Below, in pieces: positions 1 through 11,000 of a stretch of DNA of 64,000 nt. This DNA comes from Histomonas meleagridis 2922-C6/04-290x (Eukaryota > Protista > Parabasalia): positions 154,285-218,284 of the forward strand of contig JAANOX010000064.1 in assembly GCA_020184695.1 (NCBI GenBank), in the 5' to 3' direction. A model generated the notes under the pieces. That model ran no database searches. It saw nothing but the letters and a program-made list of their open reading frames with translations, and had not been told where the DNA came from. Position numbers and translations under genes: made by a program. Within the stretch, counting starts at the first letter, position 1, and each line of letters starts with the position of its first letter.

Positions 1-29
1 ATTTTGTAAAGGTATAGAAGAATCAGAGC

Positions 30-352
30 TCATTTGCCGGTAAATTTGCGCCTTAGACCAAAGGCGAAAACAACGATCAAAATTTACAACAGAACTTTTT
101 CATAACTTTATTTGAATTAATTGACTACACCTATTAACAATGGCCACGTCCTCCGGTACGTTTTCACATTTTAAATTTGGAATAGTTCTGGTTCCTATTT
201 TCCAAAAATAGATTCATCCCAATCTTTAGGTTGTATTGAATCTTGATTAGGAATTAATTTAGACTCGCCCATTAACCATCCTTTTGGAGGATCAATTTTT
301 TCTGGATCAGGTATAAATTCGAATTTATCGGGTTATCTTTCATCCCAATCGA
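30..352 (-). pseudogene. Calnexin/calreticulin P-domain remnant (degraded)
   Basis: Manual translation of the minus strand gives RPFDWDER*PDKFEFIPDPEKIDPPKGWLMGESKLIPNQDSIQPKDWDESIFGK*EPEL, then after a frameshift PNLKCENVP. This matches calnexin P-domain motifs (KPEGWLDDEP..KPEDWDE..GEWEAP.IANPKC). It has an in-frame TAA, a TAG at a Trp position, and a frameshift. Confidence 0.75.
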
Positions 353-537
353 AGGGACGTTACTAAGTCTACCAAAAAGTGAAGTTCGACTTTTTGAAAA
401 CAATTTCAATCAAAACCGATCAAAATGACCACAACTTTAAGCTTTTTTGTAAAAGTAGGTTAATGAAAAGAATTGACGATCAAAATATAGGCCACCCCAA
501 AAGGGGGAAATTGAAATTAAACGTTCTTTTTGAATTT

Positions 538-1287
538 TTATTCAAAAAGTGCTGGACTTGATGCACCAATACGGGATGCACCTGCTTCAATCATTGCATG
601 AGCTGCTTCCTTTGTACGAATGCCACCGGCAGCCTTAACGCCGAATTTTGGTCCGACAACAGCGCGCATAAGTGCAACATTTTCAACTGTTGCACCAGCT
701 TTTCCAAAACCTGTTGATGTTTTAACATTATCCGCTCCACTGATAACAGTAAGGATTGATGCATCAATAATGCGTTCACGATCGAGGTAGCATGTTTCGA
801 TGATACATTTCACATATTTACCTGGAACAGCTGCTACAATTTCTTCGATATCTTGACGAACTTTCTTATAGTCTCCTTCAAGAAGAGCACCGATGTCAAT
901 GACCATATCGATTTCGTCAGCACCTGCTTCGACAGCGCATTTTGCTTCAAATGCCTTTGCAGCTGATGTTGTAGCACCAAGTGGGAATCCAACAACTGAA
1001 GCAATACGAATACCAGTTCCTGCAAGTTCACGTTTGCAGATATGGACACGATTTGGATTAACGCAAACAGAAATTGTTTTGTTTTGTTTGGCCTTTTCGC
1101 AAAGGTTTACAATGTCAGCTTCTGTTGAAAATGCGTTAAGAACAGTAAAATCTACATGTGCTGGGATGCTATTCTTGTCAGCTGGGATTGTTTTGTCCTC
1201 CTTCGCATTTTTAAGCTTGTTGGCAACTTCTTCGGCTGGAACGCCAAGTTTTTCAGCAACAAATGCAATGCGGTCAGAGAAATCCAT
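538..1287 (-). CDS. deoC: Deoxyribose-phosphate aldolase (DERA), bacterial-type
   Basis: Motifs VVGFPLGA, GADEIDMVI, VKCIIET, VKTSTGF (Schiff-base Lys) and GVKAAGGIR. ATG placed at 1287 (MDFSDRI), directly after Inr-like TCACTTTA; the track start is further upstream. Confidence 0.95.
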   Translation of the reverse strand: MDFSDRIAFVAEKLGVPAEEVANKLKNAKEDKTIPADKNSIPAHVDFTVLNAFSTEADIVNLCEKAKQNKTISVCVNPNRVHICKRELAGTGIRIASVVGFPLGATTSAAKAFEAKCAVEAGADEIDMVIDIGALLEGDYKKVRQDIEEIVAAVPGKYVKCIIETCYLDRERIIDASILTVISGADNVKTSTGFGKAGATVENVALMRAVVGPKFGVKAAGGIRTKEAAHAMIEAGASRIGASSPALFE

Positions 1288-1699
1288 TAAAGTGACACTT
1301 TTATCATCGTTTTTGTCAAACCACTTTTTAAATAAATTAAGTGAATATTGAAATTTTTCTTTGAAATACAGCACCCTTAAAAAAGAGAATAAAATGCTTG
1401 CATACTAATTAATTTCATCCTTCACTAGGGAATCTTTTGAGCAATTCCAATATAAGTGCAATTATTTCTATATATATGATAAAATCATTGGTAATTATTT
1501 AATCTTCATTAGAATTAAATAAAAAATAATACTCACAATGTTTAACATGCGATTTCCTTTAAATTGATTATAATTTAATTATCCGGTATGAGAATTCCTA
1601 TAAAATAACATACAAACAAAAATGTGCAATCACAAAGATGAAATGTGATGCCGTAATAAAGTATTTAAAATTCTATCGTTAAGAAACACAAGCCATAAA

Positions 1700-2641
1700 A
1701 TGCAAAGTTTCGGCATCCCAATGGCACCAACCCTTGTCACCAGAACAACCAAATCAAAGTGGGACAGTGGTGACAGTAAAACAGTTATACCAAATGTGGC
1801 GTGTATTCTTCCACCAGATTTAAAATCAGATTTACTTCATGCTTATCTTCTTAGATTCCAGTTTGAAGAAGTTCAATACAAAATAAAGAATCTTGAAGAC
1901 GAAACAAAGAATGTTAACTTTGGTGAAAATCTCATGAACAATTTTACTCTTGATAATAAGCTTCAGGTTACAGCAGATGTTCGTGCAAGAGATTCCCTTG
2001 TTCAAGAAAGGCGTCAAATCACAGAATCTATTGAAAAAGTTTATCCAATATTTCGTGCACCTCTTTCTTTGCTTGTTTCCATCACCAAATCAGTTAAGCG
2101 CGTTGAGATACCTTCGTACAAGCTTCTTGGTGTTATTCTTGGTCCTCGTGCAACTATGCTGAGACAAATTGAAAAAGATTTTAATGTAAGAATATCAGTC
2201 AGAGGTCCATCAAATACCACGGATGATAATGCTCCACCAGAAGAAAGAGGCCATCTTCTAATTATTGGAAATACAGAAGATGAAGTTACACGTTGTGCCA
2301 AAAAGATCAACTCAATCATAAGTAGTGAAGGAGGAATTGTCAACACAAACACAGGAGGGTTTAACCAAGATGTTGACCCAGATCAATATTCTCTTTCGTT
2401 CAATCCCAACGAAGACAAGCCCCCATGGGAGGAGACCGTTAAAGGAACCGATACAAGCGGTTATAACACTTTTGACTCGGCTTACGATGAACTTTTGAAT
2501 AGTTTAACTCGCAACGATACAGTTGATGAAGAAACCGAATCTGAAGAACGCAGGAAGCTATTCAAGAAATTCACTGTTGATCTTGCAAGAACCGATATTT
2601 CATCACTAATGGATGAGCCTCTTCCTCCTGGTTTTGCATAA
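1700..2641 (+). CDS. Splicing factor 1 / branchpoint-binding protein-like KH protein
   Basis: N-terminal KSKW (ULM-like) and a helix-hairpin segment (LLHAYLLRFQFEEVQYKI), followed by the KH core LGVILGPRATMLRQIEKDFNVRISVRG..GHLLI. Confidence 0.7.
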   Translation: MQSFGIPMAPTLVTRTTKSKWDSGDSKTVIPNVACILPPDLKSDLLHAYLLRFQFEEVQYKIKNLEDETKNVNFGENLMNNFTLDNKLQVTADVRARDSLVQERRQITESIEKVYPIFRAPLSLLVSITKSVKRVEIPSYKLLGVILGPRATMLRQIEKDFNVRISVRGPSNTTDDNAPPEERGHLLIIGNTEDEVTRCAKKINSIISSEGGIVNTNTGGFNQDVDPDQYSLSFNPNEDKPPWEETVKGTDTSGYNTFDSAYDELLNSLTRNDTVDEETESEERRKLFKKFTVDLARTDISSLMDEPLPPGFA

Positions 2642-2731
2642 AATTTTTTTCATCTTATCTCATTTTTCGAAATTTCAAAACTCAGAAAAGAGTCAACACA
2701 ATTGATACTTTTGGGTTTTTTATACATAAGT

Positions 2732-3802
2732 CTAAAATGAATGAACTTCTCCTTTGATCTTTTCTATTAAACTTTCAATTTCTTCGATATTTTGTTTCTT
2801 TTCATTAACCATTTTTGAGAATTCTTTTTGTATTTCATAAAAACAATCTTTTTTATCATTAAATTGAGAAACTTCTGTTTTTGTTGAGTTGCTTTGTATT
2901 AAAATTGGTCTCTGAGGTGTTTCTATATTTTTTAAACTTAATATTTCATAAATAATATCAGAACATTTATTCTGGAAATTCTCTTTGTTCCTATGAATTG
3001 TTGCATAAAGAGAATTGTTTATTTGTATTGAGTTTATTGATTGTTTAATGTTTTGAAGCATTTGTTGAATTTGATTAATGTTCAAGTTTTGAACTTGTTT
3101 TAATTTAATCAAATCGTTTCGATGAGTTTTAATGCATTTGGATTGAGAGCGTATCACTTTAAGTGCCGATTTTTGTTCTTCTAGTTTCTGTTCGAGTATT
3201 TGTATATTTCGTTGATTTGATTTTTCTTCTCTAAATACAAGTTCATTGAGTTTATATAGTTTTTGTGTATTTATTAATTCTTCTAATTCATTTTGAAGTA
3301 AGTTTGGAGTTGATGAAAAGTTTTTGATTATATCATTTTTAGTTTCAATTGTTGATTTTCGAAGTGAAACAATATCATCTGGTTTTAAGTCTGTGGAGAT
3401 CTCATTTTGAGCAATATTTATGTATTGTTGAAAACTAGGAAAGTATTCTTCGAACACATTACTTAATTGTGATACATGTTGAGGTGGAACTTCATTCTCA
3501 AAGGAAATGGATTTCTGAATTTCTGAAATTAAATCTTCAAGCATTTCGTTGACCATGAAATCTTCAATTTCCGATGTATCTACAAGTGAAATAATTTCAG
3601 CATGTAAATCACTTGCTACTTTTATCAACGAATGTGACAAATAGTCAGAAATATGTTCAATTAATTCAGAAAGAATTGCATTATCAACTTGGAAATCTTG
3701 AATGAGCTCTTTTTGATGTTTCTCTTGTAAGATGAGATCATTGTTTGTTTTCTTTAAAATTGGTTTTAGCCTTTTTCTTCTTCTGATTTCTTTCTTTTCC
3801 AT
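2732..3802 (-). CDS. Hypothetical coiled-coil protein
   Basis: Long ORF with heptad-rich K/E/Q/L composition and a basic N-terminal cluster (RRRKRLK). Likely ATG at 3802 (3850 also possible). Divergent from WDR12. Confidence 0.7.
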   Translation of the reverse strand: MEKKEIRRRKRLKPILKKTNNDLILQEKHQKELIQDFQVDNAILSELIEHISDYLSHSLIKVASDLHAEIISLVDTSEIEDFMVNEMLEDLISEIQKSISFENEVPPQHVSQLSNVFEEYFPSFQQYINIAQNEISTDLKPDDIVSLRKSTIETKNDIIKNFSSTPNLLQNELEELINTQKLYKLNELVFREEKSNQRNIQILEQKLEEQKSALKVIRSQSKCIKTHRNDLIKLKQVQNLNINQIQQMLQNIKQSINSIQINNSLYATIHRNKENFQNKCSDIIYEILSLKNIETPQRPILIQSNSTKTEVSQFNDKKDCFYEIQKEFSKMVNEKKQNIEEIESLIEKIKGEVHSF

Positions 3803-3903
3803 CCCATGATCTCTTAAACGTACACAAATAACATATTTTTCACATAACATTTCACACTTCGACCACAATTTTTACAAATAAACCATTAAAATCTAATAAA
3901 GTC

Positions 3904-5019
3904 ATGAGTGGAGAAACAGTTCGAATTAAATTCCTCACAAAAGATCCTAAATTAGCACTTCCTCAAGGTGACTTTGATGTTTCAGGTGCATTAAATCGAA
4001 AAGGATTATCTGATGCTTTAAATCAAGTTTTCCAATTCGAAACACCAATTCCATTTGATTTCAAAATATATGGAAATTTCCTTCGTCAGTCCCTTAGTCA
4101 AGCAATTCAGAAATATGGGATTTCAACAGAAAATGTTATTCCAATAGAATTTTTCCCAGCTTTTAAACCACCTACTCCTGTTGATGAGGGTTCAGTAGAA
4201 GCATGGATTTCCTCGTTAAAGATTCATGATAAGAATCTTTTAGGATCACTTTATGATGGAAGCATATTTTTAAATGAACAACGTTTTAGATATAATGAAC
4301 AAGAACAATCACCTCTTAAATGCGTATCTTGGCTTGGTGCTAATGGTGCAGTAGCAGGTGATCTTGATGGGTGTGTTACATATTTTGATTTTGAATCAAA
4401 TAATCACAAAAAATTCACTCTTCACAATGATGCTATTTATTCCATTGCCACTTATCCCTCCATTGATCATTTATTTGTTACTGGTTGTGCAGATGGAAGT
4501 ATTTCAATGTGGTCAACATCTGAAGGTGGATCATTATTAAGTCCATTTGTAGGTCATTCAGATACTATTCAAACACTTCAATGGGTTGACCAAAACACGT
4601 TAGTCAGTGCCTCATTAGATCGAACCATTCGATTTTGGGATGTGAATGCACAACAAGAAAAAAGTCTTTTATCAGCATCATGCGGAATTTTAACGGTCGC
4701 CGTCAGAGGACCGTTAATTATCACGGGGCACCCCGATAGAAGTATTCGATTATGGGATATTCGCTCAAGTGAAAGAAGATCAGTTGTTAATGAATTTAAG
4801 TCACATACAAATTGGGTCTCATGTTTAACATGGGTTAATGATGAATTATTTGCTAGTGGTGGATATGATGGAGCAGTTAAATATTGGAATATTGGAACAG
4901 AAGTTCCATTAGGTACAATATCACAACATGATGAAAAAGTCTTTGCAATAGTCTCATCAGAAGAAGATTTATATGCAGGTGGCTCAGGCCAAACAATTCA
5001 TCATTATAAATTCATTTAA
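3904..5019 (+). CDS. WDR12: Ribosome biogenesis protein WDR12/Ytm1 (NLE/ubiquitin-like domain + WD40)
   Basis: N-terminal NLE-like domain (VRIKFLTKDP..FDFKIYGNFLRQSL..STENVIPIEF) followed by WD40 repeats (GHSD..SASLDRTIRFWD, SHTNWVS). Confidence 0.85.
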   Translation: MSGETVRIKFLTKDPKLALPQGDFDVSGALNRKGLSDALNQVFQFETPIPFDFKIYGNFLRQSLSQAIQKYGISTENVIPIEFFPAFKPPTPVDEGSVEAWISSLKIHDKNLLGSLYDGSIFLNEQRFRYNEQEQSPLKCVSWLGANGAVAGDLDGCVTYFDFESNNHKKFTLHNDAIYSIATYPSIDHLFVTGCADGSISMWSTSEGGSLLSPFVGHSDTIQTLQWVDQNTLVSASLDRTIRFWDVNAQQEKSLLSASCGILTVAVRGPLIITGHPDRSIRLWDIRSSERRSVVNEFKSHTNWVSCLTWVNDELFASGGYDGAVKYWNIGTEVPLGTISQHDEKVFAIVSSEEDLYAGGSGQTIHHYKFI

Positions 5020-5059
5020 AAAAAAAAATAAACTTTTTATAAATTAAAACAATTTTTAT

Positions 5060-8000
5060 TTAATCAATCATTGCAGGAACAAAAATTATTGATTCATCTT
5101 CTGTAGAAACAACAAATCTACAAAATTCGTTTTCATATTTAATTGACAAAATTTTATGATCATATTTCCAAAGAATTTTCTTTCGTTTTAATGTTATTGC
5201 ATTCAGTATTACTATTCTATTTTCTTCATCTACTAAACCTATATAATCCATTTGTTTATAATCCCAAGAATTAGTTGCATCGACAACTCTTTTATCATAT
5301 TCTATTTCAGTTATCGGGCGACCGTTAATTGTAAAATTCTTAATATAACACCTATCGTCTTCGCCCTCCCCAAAAACCACTATCGTACCTAAACAATGAC
5401 AAATTATAACGTTCTTCGCGTAAACGTTCTTTTTGAAATTTAATGAAACGACTCTAAGTAAATTTAATTGGGGCAATAAACTAATAACCATTGAGTTATC
5501 TTTGGAACAAGTTACCCCAATTCCATAATCGACACTTGTATCGCAACATAAGATTGCGTCATGGTGAGCCATTAAAGAATTCACCAAAACAATTTTATTA
5601 TCTTTTTGTTTAAACTTCCATAACCCAATACACGAATCAGATCCACCACTAATTACGTAATTACCGAAAGCTTTTATACATACAATACCTGACAAATGTG
5701 GTGTATTATAAGACACTATAATTGAACAAGAAACATCATCGAATACTCTTAAGTAAAGTGAATTTTCGACGGTAAAAGCGAATGAAGTCTCCAACAGATA
5801 AGCGATTTTGTTATTTTCCTTTGGGAATATGTCCAATTTTTTAGAATTCTGGAAATTTACTTGGAAGTAAGAAGCTGTTGATCTAATACAAAACAATTTA
5901 CTATTTTGTAATACTGTATATACTTTAATATCTTCATATGTATTACTAAACACTTTAAAATCAACAACAACCGAATGAATGTTTTGTAAGAATATAATTC
6001 TTTGTTCATTAACATCATTTGTCGGTAAAGAATTTATATGATGACTAAAGAATAATTGTTGTGGTACAATTCCAATAGTATTTAAATATTCGACAGTCAT
6101 TTCAGGGTCTTCTTTTCCGATTCCATTCTCTGACCAAACGTTTGGATATATTTGAGGTGGATATGTATTCATATCTTCAACAGAGTATTGTTTAATTCCC
6201 CATATCATATCTATCCAATAATTTAAGTTATTACGGACATAATTACTTTCTAATGCTATGATATGATTATATATTTGTTCCATTGGCGTCTTACTATACT
6301 TAGATAGTCGTACATCAGAAATAGACTTTTGTTCAATATCTTTCCCTAAATCGAATTCATTCGAATTAATTAAAAATTCACAATCAAAATAAAACTCTGG
6401 TGTATACTCTTTCACTGCTTTCCCAAACCTTAAGATCGATGATATGTTTCCTGGTATGGAAAAAAACATTCGCATCGGTAAATCAAATTTCCCGTCTTGT
6501 AATGTAACATGTAATGTAGTAAATGGTTCTAAGCGTACTAAGTATAATCCAATAGAAAAAACATTCGTATAAAGCGCTGAGAAAATATATGAATTCCCTG
6601 AGAATAATGTTTGCCTGGATAACTCTTGAACACTTGACTTGTTCTGCCATAAGATGTTCTTGGATAAGTCTCTGTAATTTTCCGCTGATTCGAAATCGAT
6701 TTCTTCTTCGTCTGATATGATCAAAATAGGAAAAACTGGATAAATGCGTCCATCTAAAAAGGATCGACCTGATAATAGGTTTAACCACATTAAATAATCA
6801 AAGTTGGATAATTGACGATGACGCCAACGTTGTGTTAATTTTAAGTTTTCAATTTCAATATGTGATGGATTTTCTTGGAAAAAGATTTTGTTGGGTAATT
6901 GGATTTTCTTTAAGTTGGAGATGAATTTGTGCGATTTTTGATTAGGAAATTGGAATAAATAACACTTTTTGTCAGTGGTAAATATTTGTATTGACTGTGG
7001 CATTTGTTGATACCAACACCAAAACAAATATTGGACTTTGGTGTTCTTAATGAATACACACTTGTTTTTGGTTAAATACATATAACCTTTGGAGATAACA
7101 TTAAATATTCCGTTAGTTCTTTTCTTCGGGATTAATACTATTCGATTACATTCATCACTCCATATAATTTGACTAGTATTAAGAGTAGGTAAAGGTTCAT
7201 GTTTCTTTTCAATTTTATCAATAATTAAATTCGGTTGTAATTGTTCTATTTCTTGTAACGTAGTACGATTATTAGAATTACGTTTTAATGATTCCTTTAA
7301 GTGGTTATCAAAATGATGATTTCGTACTTCTAAAATAGGTCTAAAACGAAAATCATATTGATTCCCACGTTTAAAATACGGTTTTGTTTTATTTTCATAA
7401 AACGGCGAACGATCATAAGCCAAAGAAAAGTAGAGTCTTTGCCACGACCGTTTATGCTCATTTTGTTTTGAAATGAACGATAATTTTCCCCAGAATTTTG
7501 TTGTCAAAATTTCAATACGCGGAATTTCTAATTCGAATTTATTTAAAGTTTTATAAAATTCTTCGAATAATTGTACAGATATTTCAACGTTTGTTGCTAA
7601 ATTATTTTTGTTTAAAGTTTTTGCATAAATTATTGGTAAATATTTTTCAGTATTTTTAACTTTTTTAATGATATAATTAATTAAATTTATAATATCTTTT
7701 TTCATTGTATCATATAAAAATGAAGAAATTATGAAAAAAGATAAATAGCTTAATGATTTATTTGAGATATATAATGTATGAAGTTGTAATAATTGAAATG
7801 CTGATTTCGTATCTTGCCATTTATTATCGTATATATGTAAACCATATTTAGGCTTTATATCGATTTTATTAAATTTAATGAATTGGAACACGTCTAATTC
7901 GTCATCATTTTCTTCTTCTTCATTATCATAAAACGACAAATGATAATTATATAAATAATATGAACAAATCAAATTTATGAATTTATTAACAAGTTTTATA

Positions 8001-11000
8001 TCATTTAATTTACCAATTTGTACTATTAAATCAACAATTAAATTATTCACTAAAGTTCGATTATTATATTTCTTTAAAATCGATATAATATCAATACAAG
8101 ACAAAAACTTATTTAAAAATTCGAAATTATTTAATAAAACTTCATCCAAATAATTAATCAAATCATTCCATTTAAATAAGATTATAAAACTTAAGAAATA
8201 AACAAAAGTTATTGATTTAATACATTCATTAAATTCGGGCATTGTAAATGATTCTTTAATAAAGTCATAAGCACATTTACTATCTTCTTCATTTAATTTA
8301 TAAGAAGATATTATCAAAATCGATAAGCATTTACAACTATGGAAATTACATAAATATTTTGTTAAATCAACTAAGAATTCATTTGAATAATTTTCTATTA
8401 ATTGTACAAAAAATATCAAAAATTTGTTAATATATTTCTCTTCAATTGCAATAAATTTCTCAATGATTATACATAATATCATTGGATCTTCTGTATATAA
8501 GAAATCATGTGTAACGATTATATGTTTAGTAATTTCATTTTTTGTGTTTAATGAATTTAATACTTCTAATATAGTACAAATACTTTCATAATTAATATTA
8601 TCTGTTTCTACTAATTTAAACAATAATAAAATGTTATTTTCTTCATTATTTAATTCTAAAATCGATTTTAATATGTTTTTAAATCCATTTAATACATTAA
8701 TATCAATTTTCTTATTTAATATACATGAATTAAATAATTGGATTACATTCATATATACGTTATTTAACTCATTGATATTATTAGTTTCATTTACAAGACT
8801 TTTCCAATCATTTAATATAATTGGTATAGTTTTTACATCGGATTTCTCCCATAACCCCGAATTAAATATTAAATGATCTCGATAATTTTTAAGTTCTTTA
8901 AATTCATTATCATATGAAAATATAATTTTCCAATTCTTTTTAGTTAATAAATTTGGATTCATATTTAAAAAAAAATCGATAATAGAAAACGCATCAATTA
9001 AATCAATTTCTTGTAAAAATTTTTTATTTCTAATCAAAATGTTCATTAAAAAGTTATACAAAATCTCAAAGAAATTTAAATCATTTAAGTTAATAAATGA
9101 AAATAATGAAACTAAATATGAAATACCTTTCGATACTTCAAAAACTCGTTCGAATCGATTCACAAATTTAAACATTATACCATTAAATTCACTTGGTTGT
9201 CCTTGAATATAATATAAAGTATTTTGTTTTTTTAATCTCGTTGTATATAAAGATATAATTTTCGAATCATTTAATAATCGTATAAAACTTTTTAATGGCG
9301 TTTCATATATTTGTTTTGCTAAATTCTTTTGTACAGGTAATGAATAAAAACTAATTTGACCAAATAACATATCGATCATTTCGAAGTTCTTTTCAGTATC
9401 TTTATATATATAAATTTTATCTATTTCATTTATCAATGAACTTTTTGTTAATTTTTGTTCATATATTTCATTCGTATTTAATAAAACTTTTAAGTAATTT
9501 ACCGGATTAAATTCGATATATAAATTATTCCATTGATTTGTAGGTACTTTATTATTAATGATTATAGTATGAAAGATATTTGTAGTTGATTTTATTTCAA
9601 TGAATTCTTGAAATATTCGTATTAATATATCCGATTGTTTACTTTGTAAATTTACTAATGTAATATATTCCGATTCATTTAAGAAATTCGATATTAAAAA
9701 CCATAAAGAAAATGCAATTCCATTCGAATGTTCTTTAAATGATATCCCCGGAATTAATATATAATCGAATTCTGTTGATAATAACAAAAAAGTATCCGTT
9801 TTCTTTTCTTGTACCATAATCATTTTATCTAAATATTTATACATTAAATGATAATAATTCTTTAAATGATTATATTTATTAGGATTCAAATATCGTAAAT
9901 ATTTAAATAATGTCTTTCGATCACAAATGTTTATTGTTATATTCGAGAATATATTTAAAAGTAATTCAATCGATTCTTCATTATTATTCGTTAATCCAAT
10001 TTCTTTAAGTACTAAAAAATGGAAATTAAAATGAAATAATTTAAAACATTCAGTGATTGAATTTTCTGTAATGTCTTTTAATAATCGTAAAAAATTAATT
10101 TTATATTTCGTCCTAAATAAAATTTTTGAAATTTCATATGTAAATTTGGACTTTATTCGTATGTTCTTAGGATGATTATTACTAATAATAGTTATTAAAT
10201 ATTTATATGCCTTTTCATTAAGTTCATTAGCTAATATTCCATTACTTAATGTTTCCCAATCGATCTTAATGAAATTCGAAACTTTTGGATTCATAAAACA
10301 TTTAAAGAATTTGATAAATTGATTTTGATTTTGAGGATTTTCTTCAAATTTCTTTGTTAATATTAACAAATAATTATTTGCGAAATTAATTTTGAAATCA
10401 ATTGTTAAATATTTTATATAAATTGTAAATATTTGGATCATATGATAATATAAATCATTTTCTTTTTTAATAATATTATAAAAAAAGTAATTAATAATTA
10501 AACTTTTAGAAAATGTATCGAAATCATTTTTATATTGATTTAATAAATTCAAATAAATATTTATTATATGTTTATAACAGTTTTCATTCTTTAATAAAAC
10601 TTTTAACTTTTTAATAAATTTTTTATTTTCCGATAAATATTTACATAATTCATGATGATTTTCTAATAAATAATTAATCTTTTGTAAAAACTCAATGAAA
10701 TATTCCGAATTCTCATTGTTTAATTTAGATGTTATACATGAACTTAATTGTGTAATAAATGGCGTTTCAAATGGAGAAATGTTTAAATATATATAATGTA
10801 TTATTTCATTCGCAAATATTATATTAGAATTATTAAAATATTCAACAAAAATATTTGAAACTTCTTCAATGGATGAATAACTTGAGATTAATTTAAAGAT
10901 TAATACACGAATTGGTATTAATATTGATAATTTTCCGGTTCTTTTGGCTTCAATAAAGTTAATTTCTGGATTAAAAATTTTCGGATTTATTATGAAATCT

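Noticed and set aside
893-1351. Antisense or alternate-frame ORFs (e.g. 893-1351, 2041-2352, 14858-15241, 27423-27746, 38507-39034, 50063-50473)
   Set aside because: Shadows of real genes on the other strand or frame; no independent motifs.
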